IMG/VR virus record: IMGVR_UViG_3300044694_000082 | Coordinates: 32,001 to 96,000 of that record | Direction: 5' to 3' (one strand) | DNA length: 64,000 nt | From: a virus | Lineage: Duplodnaviria; Caudoviricetes | Shown here: positions 21,358-31,072 of the stretch, one piece after another | How positions within the stretch are numbered: the stretch's first letter is position 1 | How the letters are laid out: the number at the start of each line of letters is the position of its first letter | Made by a program: the position numbers and the translations under genes | The notes under the pieces: model-generated | Databases searched by the model: none | What the model was told of the DNA's origin: nothing | The model's input: only the letters and a program-made list of their open reading frames with translations

Positions 21358-21873
21358 ATGAGCACGATCATGGGACGGGCCGACATAGAGCGGCTGTGCT
21401 GGACGTTGTCCGGCTGGAAGGTCGATCAGCGGAGTGTCGATGAGTTGCTGGCCGCGATCGACGGCTATGTGACGGGCGCGGGGGCGCCCTGGCCTGAGGG
21501 GGGCGCGGGGGGCGCTGTACGGCCCGCAGACGGTGCGGAGCATGCTCCGGCGACCATTGACCCGGTCGAGGGCGTTTCAGGCCCGCAGGTGGCCGCTCAG
21601 CCGCTTCGGATCGTGGTTGAGGTCACCGGGACTGTGACGACGGTCCCGGCACCTGCCACCCGCCCCAGCCGACCGGTGAAACCACGTGCCTCGCGCGCCG
21701 CGACGGTAGTCCCGGCCGATCCGAAGCACTGCACACGATGCAAGCGGCACCGACCCCTGACGGAGTTCTCCAGGGATTCCAAGGCACTCGACGGCTACCG
21801 CTACGCGTGCAAACAATGCGAGAGCGAGCGACGGCGCGCGAGTGAGGCCGCATGCAGGGAACGGACAGCCTGA
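21358..21873 (+). CDS. zinc-finger protein (CxxC..CxxC, EndoVII N-terminus-like)
   Basis: KHCTRCKRHRPLTEFSRDSKALDGYRYACKQCE. Confidence 0.6.
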   Translation: MSTIMGRADIERLCWTLSGWKVDQRSVDELLAAIDGYVTGAGAPWPEGGAGGAVRPADGAEHAPATIDPVEGVSGPQVAAQPLRIVVEVTGTVTTVPAPATRPSRPVKPRASRAATVVPADPKHCTRCKRHRPLTEFSRDSKALDGYRYACKQCESERRRASEAACRERTA

Positions 21874-22175
21874 TGGCGATGATCAAGCGGTACGGGGAAC
21901 TCCCCGCCGTGTTCGTCCCTGACGAGGGGGAAGTGGTCATCGCCTCCCGCTCACCAGCCGGGCCGTTCCTGCGGGCCGCCATCACCAAAGTGCGGCGCGC
22001 CCGTGACGGCTTCATACGGGTCGACTTCGTGTGGCTGGAAGCTGCGCCGTATCAGCACAACGGCAAGCCGATCAGTCCCGGCGACAAGGGACACGTCTAC
22101 GTGCGCCGGGATGACCGTGTGCCGCTGATCCGGCGCGTACCGGCCGAACCTGCCGACCGGCCTAAAGCTGTGTGA
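21873..22175 (+). CDS. hypothetical protein
   Basis: Coupled TGATG junction. Confidence 0.55.
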   Translation: MAMIKRYGELPAVFVPDEGEVVIASRSPAGPFLRAAITKVRRARDGFIRVDFVWLEAAPYQHNGKPISPGDKGHVYVRRDDRVPLIRRVPAEPADRPKAV

Positions 22176-23103
22176 CGTTCAGGTGGTACGTCACCGTGGG
22201 GCCGAATGGCTGTCCCACGGGGAAGGACTTCAGCCCGATGTTGCGCAGCTTGGGATGGAACGTGGCTGTATACATCAGACGGGTCGTCGATTTGTCGTCG
22301 ATGATCCAGAGTGCCTTGCTGCCGTAGGGGAACACGTCCAGTCCCCGGAGCACTTCCATCTCGACCCCGACGAACCCGTCATCGGACGGCGGCCAGAGAA
22401 TCTCCTCCAGCATGACCACGTCTTGTCTGCGTGCTGGGGTGTGGTTGTCCAGTTCCACATAGGCGCGGTAGTTCGCGGTCACCGTGGCGCCCGTCGGGTA
22501 GACGTAACCGACCGGCCGCATCTCGCGTACCTCACTCATGATCATGTCCTCTCGCTGAGTCCTGTGCAGACAACAGGGCGCACGTTCCCGTCAGGGATCA
22601 TGCGCCCGATGCGTGCACGGCTCAGACGTTCTTACGCGCGGCCTCCTGTGCGGCCAGCTCATCCGGGGTGATCACCCGGACGCTCGGCCACGCGTTGATC
22701 GTCGGCGACGTGGACGTGTCCATGTGCCAGTCCATGAACGTGACCTTGCTGCCCTTGGGCACCTCCGCCTCGACGGCGCGGATAACGGCCCGCCTCACTG
22801 CGGCCCGATCGTCGCTGTTGACGTTCCACCAGGCGCGTGCCTTGTGAATCCAGCCCGGTCCCGCAGAACGGTCGGCCGGTCCGGCGTACTCAACGATCAT
22901 GACTGCGTCTCCTCACTGCCCGCGCACCCTGCGCGCTGGCATGTCACCGTGATCTTGCGCCCCGACTGGTAGTGCTCGATCGAGAACGGGCCCTTGATCC
23001 CGCACCCGGTCCGCGCGTTGCTGATATTCGAGTAGGCCCAGCCGTCACGGATCTTGTGCGTGGCGCCCTTGCCGGTCACCCGGGCAACGTACTGCGCTTC
23101 CAT
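22162..23103 (-). other. three hypothetical genes (22162-22545, 22622-22900, 22897-23103)
   Basis: SD motifs GAGAGGA/GAGGAG/GAGAGGG. Confidence 0.55.
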
Positions 23104-23314
23104 GATCAGTCCCTCTCCTGGGGTGCATTCTTTCGAGCCTGACACGTCATGTCACCCTGTGTGACGACATGGGGTGTCGCGACGGGGTCGCGATCAACCT
23201 AAAGGGTGTTTGTTTCACGGATGAACAAACGATCAACCCTCAACCTCAGGTTGAGACTTTGAGGCCGGGCCGGGGCGCAGTGCACGCCCCGGTCCGCCGT
23301 GCGTGTGTAGGGGT

Positions 23315-23857
23315 TCAGCCCTTGCACAGAACCTCGGTGTTGATCTTGCTGCCCAGGTAGTAGACCTCCACCCAGCATCCATGCTTGTGGGGCAGGGTGC
23401 GCAGGTTCACGGAGGCCAGACCGGATACGGGGTCGTTGTAGCCCATGCGCAGGCAGTCGCCCTGTGCCGTGTCTGCCACCCAGGCGTTCATGGCCTTGTT
23501 GTTGCGGTACGTGTCGTATGTCATGTCCGTGACCAGTTCGGTTGCCCAGGCGCGGACGCCGCCGTGGCGGGGGGCGTTGGCGCAGATGCTGCGGCGGGTG
23601 TTCATGTCGTCGTGGGTGCGGCGACTGCCCTCGGGGGTGGAGTACCACAGAGCGGCGGCCTGGGCGCGGGTCCCGGTGGTGAGGCAGGCGCGGTCGTAGG
23701 CGGGATCGCCCCGGTGGCCGTGGTGGGCGCAGTCGTAGGCCACGTGGGCGGGGGCGGGGGGTGTCGATGCGTCGGCGGGGGTGGTGGTGGCGAAGGCCAG
23801 GGTGAGCAGTCCCGCGCCGATGCCCGCGAACGCGCGCCGAATGACGTTGAGGTTCAT
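23315..23857 (-). CDS. putative secreted Cys-containing protein
   Basis: MNLNVIRRAFAGIGAGLLTLAFATTTPADA signal peptide with AxA site; 6 Cys. Confidence 0.65.
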   Translation of the reverse strand: MNLNVIRRAFAGIGAGLLTLAFATTTPADASTPPAPAHVAYDCAHHGHRGDPAYDRACLTTGTRAQAAALWYSTPEGSRRTHDDMNTRRSICANAPRHGGVRAWATELVTDMTYDTYRNNKAMNAWVADTAQGDCLRMGYNDPVSGLASVNLRTLPHKHGCWVEVYYLGSKINTEVLCKG

Positions 23858-23984
23858 GTCACTTCCTTGTCTGGTGGTGCAGGGTTACCGCCCAGGTGTT
23901 GAGCCGGTACCGGGCGCGCACGGCTATTGACACGAGTCACCCCGTGCCGGGCCGTGCACCCCGGAGATCGGATCACCCCCTAGG

Positions 23985-24470
23985 TCAGGTGGTGGCGCAG
24001 TCCGCGCACCATTTGTCACCACTCGTGTGTCGCGCGCATGCGTAGCAGTGTGTGTCCGCCACGCATCCCTCCACCGTGCACGGACCGTCATCGGGTGTGC
24101 TGGCCTGGTCGTCTGCTTCGGCCGCGATGGTGTCGCAGTCGCATCCCTCCCCGTTCAGGTGGCCGCACGGCAGGTTGAGAGACCAGGCCGCGCCGATACA
24201 GGGAATGGAGTACATGACATCTCCGGGCGGAGGTGCCAGCTCGGCCAACCGCACACGCACGGTGTGCGTGGTCGCGCACTCGGCGTCATCGGGGTCATCC
24301 ATGAACTCGACCAAGTACGCCCCGCAGCACCGCCACACGAGACGTACGCGCCCGTACAGGCCGGTTTCGGGAACGTGGACCGGACGGCCAGGGTCGGCCC
24401 ACGCAGGACCGTCCAGCGCACCGAGGGGCGCGCCATCGGTGTCACACTGATGAATGCTGTAACTGCCCAT
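23985..24470 (-). CDS. Cys-rich hypothetical protein
   Basis: MGSYSIHQC.. after AAGGGAG RBS. Confidence 0.55.
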   Translation of the reverse strand: MGSYSIHQCDTDGAPLGALDGPAWADPGRPVHVPETGLYGRVRLVWRCCGAYLVEFMDDPDDAECATTHTVRVRLAELAPPPGDVMYSIPCIGAAWSLNLPCGHLNGEGCDCDTIAAEADDQASTPDDGPCTVEGCVADTHCYACARHTSGDKWCADCATT

Positions 24471-24568
24471 GTGTGTCTCCCTTACTGAGTAGGCCAGGAC
24501 CGGGCGGCCTGACGCAACGCACGTGCCCGCAGGGGGCCGTGCGCTGCGACCACTGCCCGGGGGCCGGG

Positions 24569-25126
24569 TCACTTGCTGGCCTTGCCGTTGCCCTGACGGG
24601 CCAGACGCGCGGCCATCCGACGCTGAGCCGTGGCACAGGCCCGGTAGCGACGCTGAGCAGCCTTGGTGCGCTTGGCAGGCTCACGCTGCACAGCCTCATG
24701 GTCGAAACGCTCCCGACCCAGGTTCCCGGACATCGTGTTGGAAACCGGCTTGTCGCCCTTGCGTTCACGCGGTCCGGTGATCTTGGTAGCGTCCATGGCG
24801 CGGCCACGGACCAGGACCGGACCCCGACCGTGACCGGTCGTCACCACCGGGTCGGCAACGCCACCCATGGGCAGCGGCTCTTGCCCAGCGCGGATCTTGG
24901 CACCCATGATCTCTCGGCGGAGCATGGCGTCACGGGGGTCACCGACGCGGGCCCCCTCGTCCGTGAGCGGAACCTGAGGGCCCTCCCCCAGGTCAATCGG
25001 CACCTTGTGCGCGGCCACGAAACCCTTGCCAGTCAGCTTGACCTTGGGTGCGCGGCACTCCGGGCACGACCCGTCAGGGTTCGGCTTGCGCTTCAGCTTG
25101 CCAGTGATCTTGCAGTTCATGTTCAT
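24569..25126 (-). CDS. basic protein with zinc ribbon and C-terminal Arg-rich helix (candidate RNA-binding antiterminator)
   Basis: CPECR..H N-terminus; KRTKAAQRRYRACATAQRRMAARLAR; RBS GAGGGAG. Confidence 0.6.
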   Translation of the reverse strand: MNMNCKITGKLKRKPNPDGSCPECRAPKVKLTGKGFVAAHKVPIDLGEGPQVPLTDEGARVGDPRDAMLRREIMGAKIRAGQEPLPMGGVADPVVTTGHGRGPVLVRGRAMDATKITGPRERKGDKPVSNTMSGNLGRERFDHEAVQREPAKRTKAAQRRYRACATAQRRMAARLARQGNGKASK

Positions 25127-25149
25127 GATCGTTTCTCCCTCATTTTCCA

Positions 25150-25669
25150 TTGACGGGTCGGGGCGGGGGTTGACGCACTCCGGCCGAAACCGGGGGTTGA
25201 CACACTCCGCCCCGACGCACTGTCTTGCGACCCGTTCGCTAAGCGTCCGGGCCTTGCCCCAGGGAACGGCTTGCTAGGCCGCACCCCGGAGAAACGTTGG
25301 CGTATCCCTGGACACACTCCCGCGTAGCATGCGCACGACTCCCGTCGCTGAACGCTTAGCCCTCACGCATCTCACAGGTACCGACGCACTCCGAAAAACC
25401 GGGGGTCGGGCCGCTCGACCGTGGGCAGGGGGTCCCGAGCACAGGACGCACCTGTGCTTACAAGGGATCTTGACTCACTGTTCAGTTAACAATGGGCACG
25501 ACGTGCCCGCGCATGTCCCGACCAAGGGACGTTCTGTCGACGCACTCACCCTCCGGGGAGGGCGGGGTCAACCGCCGTCGGTAAAGCTGGGGGTGACACG
25601 TGGTCACCATGGGAACCGGTACAGGACCGGCACCCGTGGCAACCCCGGTAACCGGGGCGCCCCGTAGGG
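25150..25669 (-). ncRNA. putative structured leader / ncRNA with repeated GUG(C/U/A)GUC motifs and boxA-like element
   Basis: No credible CDS; many hairpins, 8 motif copies, UUCG loop readable on the minus strand. Confidence 0.55.
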
Positions 25670-26098
25670 CTAGGCAGAGACGCTCTCCCTGTGCGCCCGT
25701 TCCATGGTCATCAGGGTCATGGCCAGGTCACGGAGGGACTGGAGGCCCAAGGCTCCGGCATCGGCCAGCATGCTGGCCAGGGTGTCGGGGGTGGACTCCG
25801 ACAGGCGCACCATGGCGTCGAGTGCCAGCCTGCGCTGGCGTCCCGTCATGCCCTCCGCCCCACCCTGGCCCTTGTCGATCATGGACCAGGCTTGCAGGTA
25901 GGCGCCCGACTCGGCCAGGGTGGGGACCGGGTACGGGTCACGCCCCACGCTGGCCACAGCGTCGATCACACGACCCAGCTTGGTGAAGTGATCATCCTCG
26001 GACTCGCCCGGGGTGGGGATCATCGACGGAGCCTCATTGATCACCATCTTGGGGCGCCTGGCGATCTTGCGCAGCACGGAGCTAGGGCTGGCCTTCAT
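25670..26098 (-). CDS. hypothetical protein
   Basis: 142 aa, GAGAGGA RBS; TAGACT -10-like hexamer upstream (~26174-26179). Confidence 0.6.
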   Translation of the reverse strand: MKASPSSVLRKIARRPKMVINEAPSMIPTPGESEDDHFTKLGRVIDAVASVGRDPYPVPTLAESGAYLQAWSMIDKGQGGAEGMTGRQRRLALDAMVRLSESTPDTLASMLADAGALGLQSLRDLAMTLMTMERAHRESVSA

Positions 26099-27033
26099 GA
26101 TCTTGATCCTCTCGGTCGGTCCTGCGGTGGTGGTGCCCGGGGCCGGTGGCCCCTTCTCTCTTGCTCTGCCCCTAGTCTACACCCTGACGGCCCGATTGGG
26201 GCACGGAAAGGGCACGAGGAGGTCACGGTTAGGTCACGACTGGATGAGCGGGGTGGTGCTCAGATGAGCGCTCACATGATCGATGAGCCGCTCACCTGAG
26301 CGGAGGGGATTAAAGATGCAAATCGGACATCTCTGACAATTACCTCAAAAGCGTACAAATCGGGCGGGTCGGTACCGTGAGAAATATATGGGTCAGTACA
26401 ACCTATAGCGATCCCGACAAATGCCACATATCACCCCGGCCCCCTCCGGTGCTTCCCGCCCACCTCGATCACCACGTGCGGACACCCCGGACACGAGTAC
26501 AGCCGCTGCGTGCCGATCCACCGCCAGCCCAGCCACCACAGCTCCTTGTAGCCCCCAGGACCGGGCTCGGGCAGCAGGACACCACACCGTCTGCAGTGAG
26601 GCCCCTCAGGGCCGCTGTGGCCGCTCATGGCCGCCAGGGTAGAGGATGCCGTCCGGGTCCCGCCGTCGGACGGCCGCTCCAGGGTCACCGGCGCCCGACC
26701 CTCCAACAGATCCACCGACACCGGTACATGGCGAGAGCTACGTGAGGCGCGTGCTGCGCAGTCACGCACGGGACGCCTCTGTCCAGCAGGTTACCGCGAG
26801 CATCGTCTGCACACCGTAGAATTCCTGCCCGCGGCGGCTACCGGAACAGCCGCCGTCCCGCCTTCCGCCCGGCTCCGTGCTCTGGTCGCCGGGCGGTCGT
26901 GCGTTTGCGGCCGGGCAACCCCCACGCTTACGGCGGTCCAGCGGCCGTCATGCCTGCCGGGCCCCACGCTTACGGCGGCGCGAGCCCGTCGCATACGGCG
27001 GCTCCTACGGTATTGACGGATCGGGTTATCGCC

Positions 27034-27266
27034 TCATGCCGCTGCGGGCTCCTCGCCCCACAGCCGCTCCATCAGCACCGAGCCGATGTGGCCGTGTTCG
27101 GCAAGGTACTCCAGCGCGTCGCCGTGGATGAAGGTGACGCCTTCTGGGCGGTTGCGTGCGGGGATGGGGCGGATGTCGACGCCGGTGACGTCGAACCCGC
27201 CAGCTGGTAGCCGTACCCGGCACCGTACTGGCCGCAGAACAGGTCCAGCAGGCGTGGCCGTGACAT
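27034..27266 (-). pseudogene. degraded C5-cytosine DNA methyltransferase
   Basis: MSRPRLLDLFCGQYGAGYGYQLAG / 1-nt frameshift / FDVTGVDI..FIHGDALEYLAEHGH, then joins a C-terminus-like tail; PC catalytic motif missing. Confidence 0.75.
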
Positions 27267-27348
27267 GAGAACACCCCCTGCGATCTTTGATTCGATCGTA
27301 GGGGGTGCAATGTGTCTTGTAATCCAAGACGCCAGGGCGCGGAGGTGG

Positions 27349-30085
27349 TTAAGAATCCACGGCCTCGGGCTCGATGTTCAGTACTGCGGCGCTGGGCGAG
27401 TGGACGATCAGCCCCTCGGGGTAGCGCACGAGGAACCAGCCCGGCGGCAGCGCGACCGGATCGCCCTCGGCGTTGTGCACGGTCAGGCGGTCGCCGTGGA
27501 CGGTGATGAGGTCCTGGCCGATCCACTCACGAAGCTCCGGGGTGATGCTGCCCGGCCAGACGCGGACGTCCACGAGCTTGCGGGTGGTCCAGTGCAGGCC
27601 GTCGGGGATGTGGGTGGTGGTCGTCATGATGTCGTTCCTTGTCATCGAAGACGCCGCTCGGGCGCCCTGTTACGAATCAGAGGTGCGGGGTGGGGTGTGG
27701 CCTGTCTTTGCGGCGTCCACGGGGATGAACAGGCAGCCGTACATGTCGGGGTGATTCTCCCGCAGGTGCGCCTGCTTCTGCGCCTGGCCGCCGGTGACGA
27801 CCGGCTCGGTACAACCGGCGGCCCCGCACATGAAGGTACCTGTCTCCTCGGTCATGGCTGTCTCCTCGGTGCGCAGGGTCAGTTCCTCCAGGCGTGCGGC
27901 GAGGTCGCCCTCCCACCGGCTGGGCCACCGGGCCTGGATCATCGCCGCGGTGGCCCGCAGCTCCTGGCTCACCACGGCTTGCCCTCCGGGTACGGCAGGG
28001 CGTGCCAGGTGCCGTCCTCGGCGCGCTGGCGCTGGGTGTAGCGCTGGCCGTCGTCGTCCCAGCGCAGGAAGCCGCGCCCGTGGTCGCCGTCGTGTCCGGC
28101 CCGGATCGCACAGGTCACCGTCTCGATGCCATCCGAGATCGAGGATGTGCAGACTGGTGTCCAGCCAGGCGCTCCGAACCGCTTGGTGCACGGCTCGCAG
28201 AGGCACAGGCCGTCGTGCCCGTCGTCGAGGGTGCACCAGCAGTCCCCGGTCTTCCACACGGTGCCGTCGGGGGCGGTGATCTGCGGAGGGGGTTCGGAGG
28301 CGCACTCCTCGACGGCTGCGATTCCGCAATACACCTCGGGGGTGACGAGAGGTTCCCCGGTCACGGCGTGATCCTGATCGCGGCCAGCTCGACGTCGCGG
28401 TGTATCTGGTCGTACAGCTCCTGCAGGCGCTGCATGGCCTTCATGTCGGTGCGCTTCAGGGCGTTGCGGGCGGACAGCGGCAGCTCGCTCCAGCACTCGT
28501 AACACAGGTACATGTTCTTGCCCTTGACCGCTGTCTCGCAGGCAGGGCACATCGTGCTCACCATCGGTCGCATCCTTTCGAACAGGCGCCGCAGTAGGTC
28601 CGGCAGGTACGGCATGGGCAGCCGCACTTGGAACGGGTGAAGTGTTTGCGCAGCCAGCGCACCGCCCGCTTGCGCCAGGTCGGCCGCTGGACGAGGTGGC
28701 GGATGTCGACGGGCCCGTACGACATCCTGCTCACGACATGCCGGGCGGTTCGTTTTTCGGGAGGCTCTTGCTCTTCCATTTCTGCACCTGCTGGGTGTCG
28801 GCTGGTTCTAGGCTGTTCACGTTGTTGCCGATCGAGTCACCGGGAGAGTCTTGTGGTCATCCAGTCCGTGCCGCGCCGTCGGCCGTCCGTCATCGCCGCT
28901 GTTGCCACGCCGCTGACGGCTGCTCACACCGTGGAGCGTCAGCCTGCTGTGCAGCGGGTCCTGGACGGCAAGGAGTCGCCCGGCCGGGAGCCGCGGCGGC
29001 CGGTCACTTTCGACTCGGCGATCTGACGCGGCCGGACGTCACTCCCAGACCTCGTAGAACCAGGTGTCGGGGGTGACGTCCACGCCGTGGTTCTTCTTGG
29101 CCATGTCGCTCAGGTGGGTCCGCATGACGTCCAGCAGGGTCTTCACCTCGGTGTCGTCGAGGGAGAGCCACCACTCGCGCGGCACCGGCCAGCGGTCTTC
29201 CAGGCGCCAGCCCGGGTAGTCGCTGTTGCGCCAGCGGAAGCCGAGCATCTCGTGCTCGGCCAGGTCCCGACGCCACTCTTTGAATCCGGTGAGCCAGCCC
29301 AGCTGGCGGTGCACGGTGCGCATCATCCAGCGGCGGGCGGCCTGGTGGTAGGCGGTGGTGTGCAGCAGCCAGTCGGAGCCGCCCCACTGCCGTCGCAGGC
29401 CGCATTCCTCGCAGACGTCATTCACGTGTCGTATCCCCGGGGTCCGGTCCATTCGGTGAAGCGGTTCAGCGGCAGGATCCGGACGTTGCGCTGGCCGGTC
29501 CACCGCCACAGGCCGCGGTGGGTGAATCCGTCGCCCGCCCAGTACCAGTTGCGTCCCAGGCGGTACATGGGGCTGCTCACTCTTCCTCGCATTCGTGGTC
29601 GTCGATGCTGATGATGTCGCCGTCCTCGGTCATGAGCGTGGGTCCGTCTTCCTTGGTCCACCAGGCGTCGCCGGATGCCCCGCAGCTTCCGCACTCCCAG
29701 CGTCCGGCGATGGAGATGCCGCCGTAGCCGCCCGGGGTGTCGCCGCGCAGGTGACGGCGTTCGCACTCGTTCTCCTCGGGAACGGTCATGTGCGGGAGTT
29801 CGCAGATCTCGACGGGAGTGCTCCTGGTCATCATGTGGTCGATGTCCTCTTCGGTGAGGTCGGTGTCATCGGGTTCAGTGCTCATACGGTGATGTGGTGC
29901 CATCCGTCGCACAGCTCGCAGGGTTCCTCGGGGACGTGGGTCATGGGCCTGTTGACGGCGCCGGGGCGGGCGATGGCGTTGAACGCGAGAGCGCGGCTGG
30001 CGAAGCGGTACCCCTTGGAGCACGTCTGCCGCTGGCCGAGGGTGCGGGCCGGGTAGCGCAGGGCGGGGCGGGGCCGTCGGCTCAC
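27349..30085 (-). other. small hypothetical genes (27349-27628, 27670-27855, 27969-28365, 28361-28563, 29039-29425, 29577-29885, 29882-30085 and others)
   Basis: Coupled minus-strand ORFs, several CxxC-rich. Confidence 0.55.
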
Positions 30086-30591
30086 AGGAGGATCCTCTCG
30101 ACGTGGATGCCCAGGTTCTCCGCCAGGCGCATACAGCCGCGGGTGCCGTAGGAGGCGCCGTAGGGTGCGGCGATCAGGGCCTTCGGCGTGGGGGGCTTGG
30201 TGAGCATGCGCCGGTTGCGGCGCGGTCCGGCTCCGGGGCAGTAGTCCCTCGCCAGTCCCGGGTGGGCGGTGTCGCCGGGCTTCTTGCGGCGCCGGTGTGT
30301 GGGCGTGACGGGACACTCGGGTGCGCATTGGTCCCAGTCGGCGGGCATGGGGTCTGCGATGATGTTCATGGGCAGGCCGTACGTGGTGATCCAGTCATGT
30401 ACGGCCTGGTCGGCGGAGTACTCACCCGGGCAGGCGCCGTGGCGGATGATCACGGGGCCGGTGATGTTGAGGATGATGTACTCGGCGAGGTGAGCGATGA
30501 CGAGGCCGGTGTTCGGGTGGTCGCGGGAGCCGGTGAACGCCAGCACGGTGGCGTTCACGTAAGGCCCCGCCGTTTCGCGCAGCACTGACAT
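30082..30591 (-). CDS. SLOG superfamily (DUF2493/YspA-like) protein
   Basis: FTGSRD..IIRHGAC..AD..ADW..AGPRRNRRML..S.GT..CMRLA. Confidence 0.85.
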   Translation of the reverse strand: MSVLRETAGPYVNATVLAFTGSRDHPNTGLVIAHLAEYIILNITGPVIIRHGACPGEYSADQAVHDWITTYGLPMNIIADPMPADWDQCAPECPVTPTHRRRKKPGDTAHPGLARDYCPGAGPRRNRRMLTKPPTPKALIAAPYGASYGTRGCMRLAENLGIHVERILL

Positions 30592-30832
30592 AGCGCAACG
30601 TCCCAGTCGGTGTCGGTGTCGTACAGGCCGAGGCCCTCGTTGAAGAAGGTCAGGCGGCAGTCGTCGCACTGGTCCAGATCGGACGGGCACGACCTGCCGT
30701 TGCGGCGGGGCAGCCACACGTGCTCCAGACTGTCGCAGCCCCAGTTGTGGATGCGGATCAGGTCGCGCTGGTTGGTGAAGTGGTCCCCGCCTTCAGGGAG
30801 TTCCAGCCAGCGCTGCGCGTACGTGGACAGGG

Positions 30833-31072
30833 TCACGCGGCGTCCCTCATCTCCGGCACGCTGATCTCGTGGATGCCGATGTCCCCGATGGCGATGGCGA
30901 TGGAGGCGGCATGGGTGATGTTTTCGGCGCCGTACTGGCGGATGATGATGGCGATCATCGATTCGGCCGTGTTCTTGGTGATGCCCATCTTCTGGGCGGC
31001 CTGGGCGTTGGTGTAGCCGTTGGCCTTGAGGACCATCAGCTCTCGCCGACGCGCAGAGAGTTCCTCGATCAC
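30833..31072 (-). CDS. LuxR-type HTH regulator
   Basis: LSARRRELMVLKANGYTNAQAAQKMGITKNTA. Confidence 0.8.
   Translation of the reverse strand: MIEELSARRRELMVLKANGYTNAQAAQKMGITKNTAESMIAIIIRQYGAENITHAASIAIAIGDIGIHEISVPEMRDAA

Noticed and set aside
23211-23227. Tenth parS (TGTTTCACGGATGAACA)
   Set aside because: Central CACGTG is broken and the length is 17 bp; treated as part of a different palindrome
23238-23256. SoxR box
   Set aside because: Spacer between CCTCAA and TTGAG is 7 rather than 6 bp, and no properly placed -35/-10 was identified
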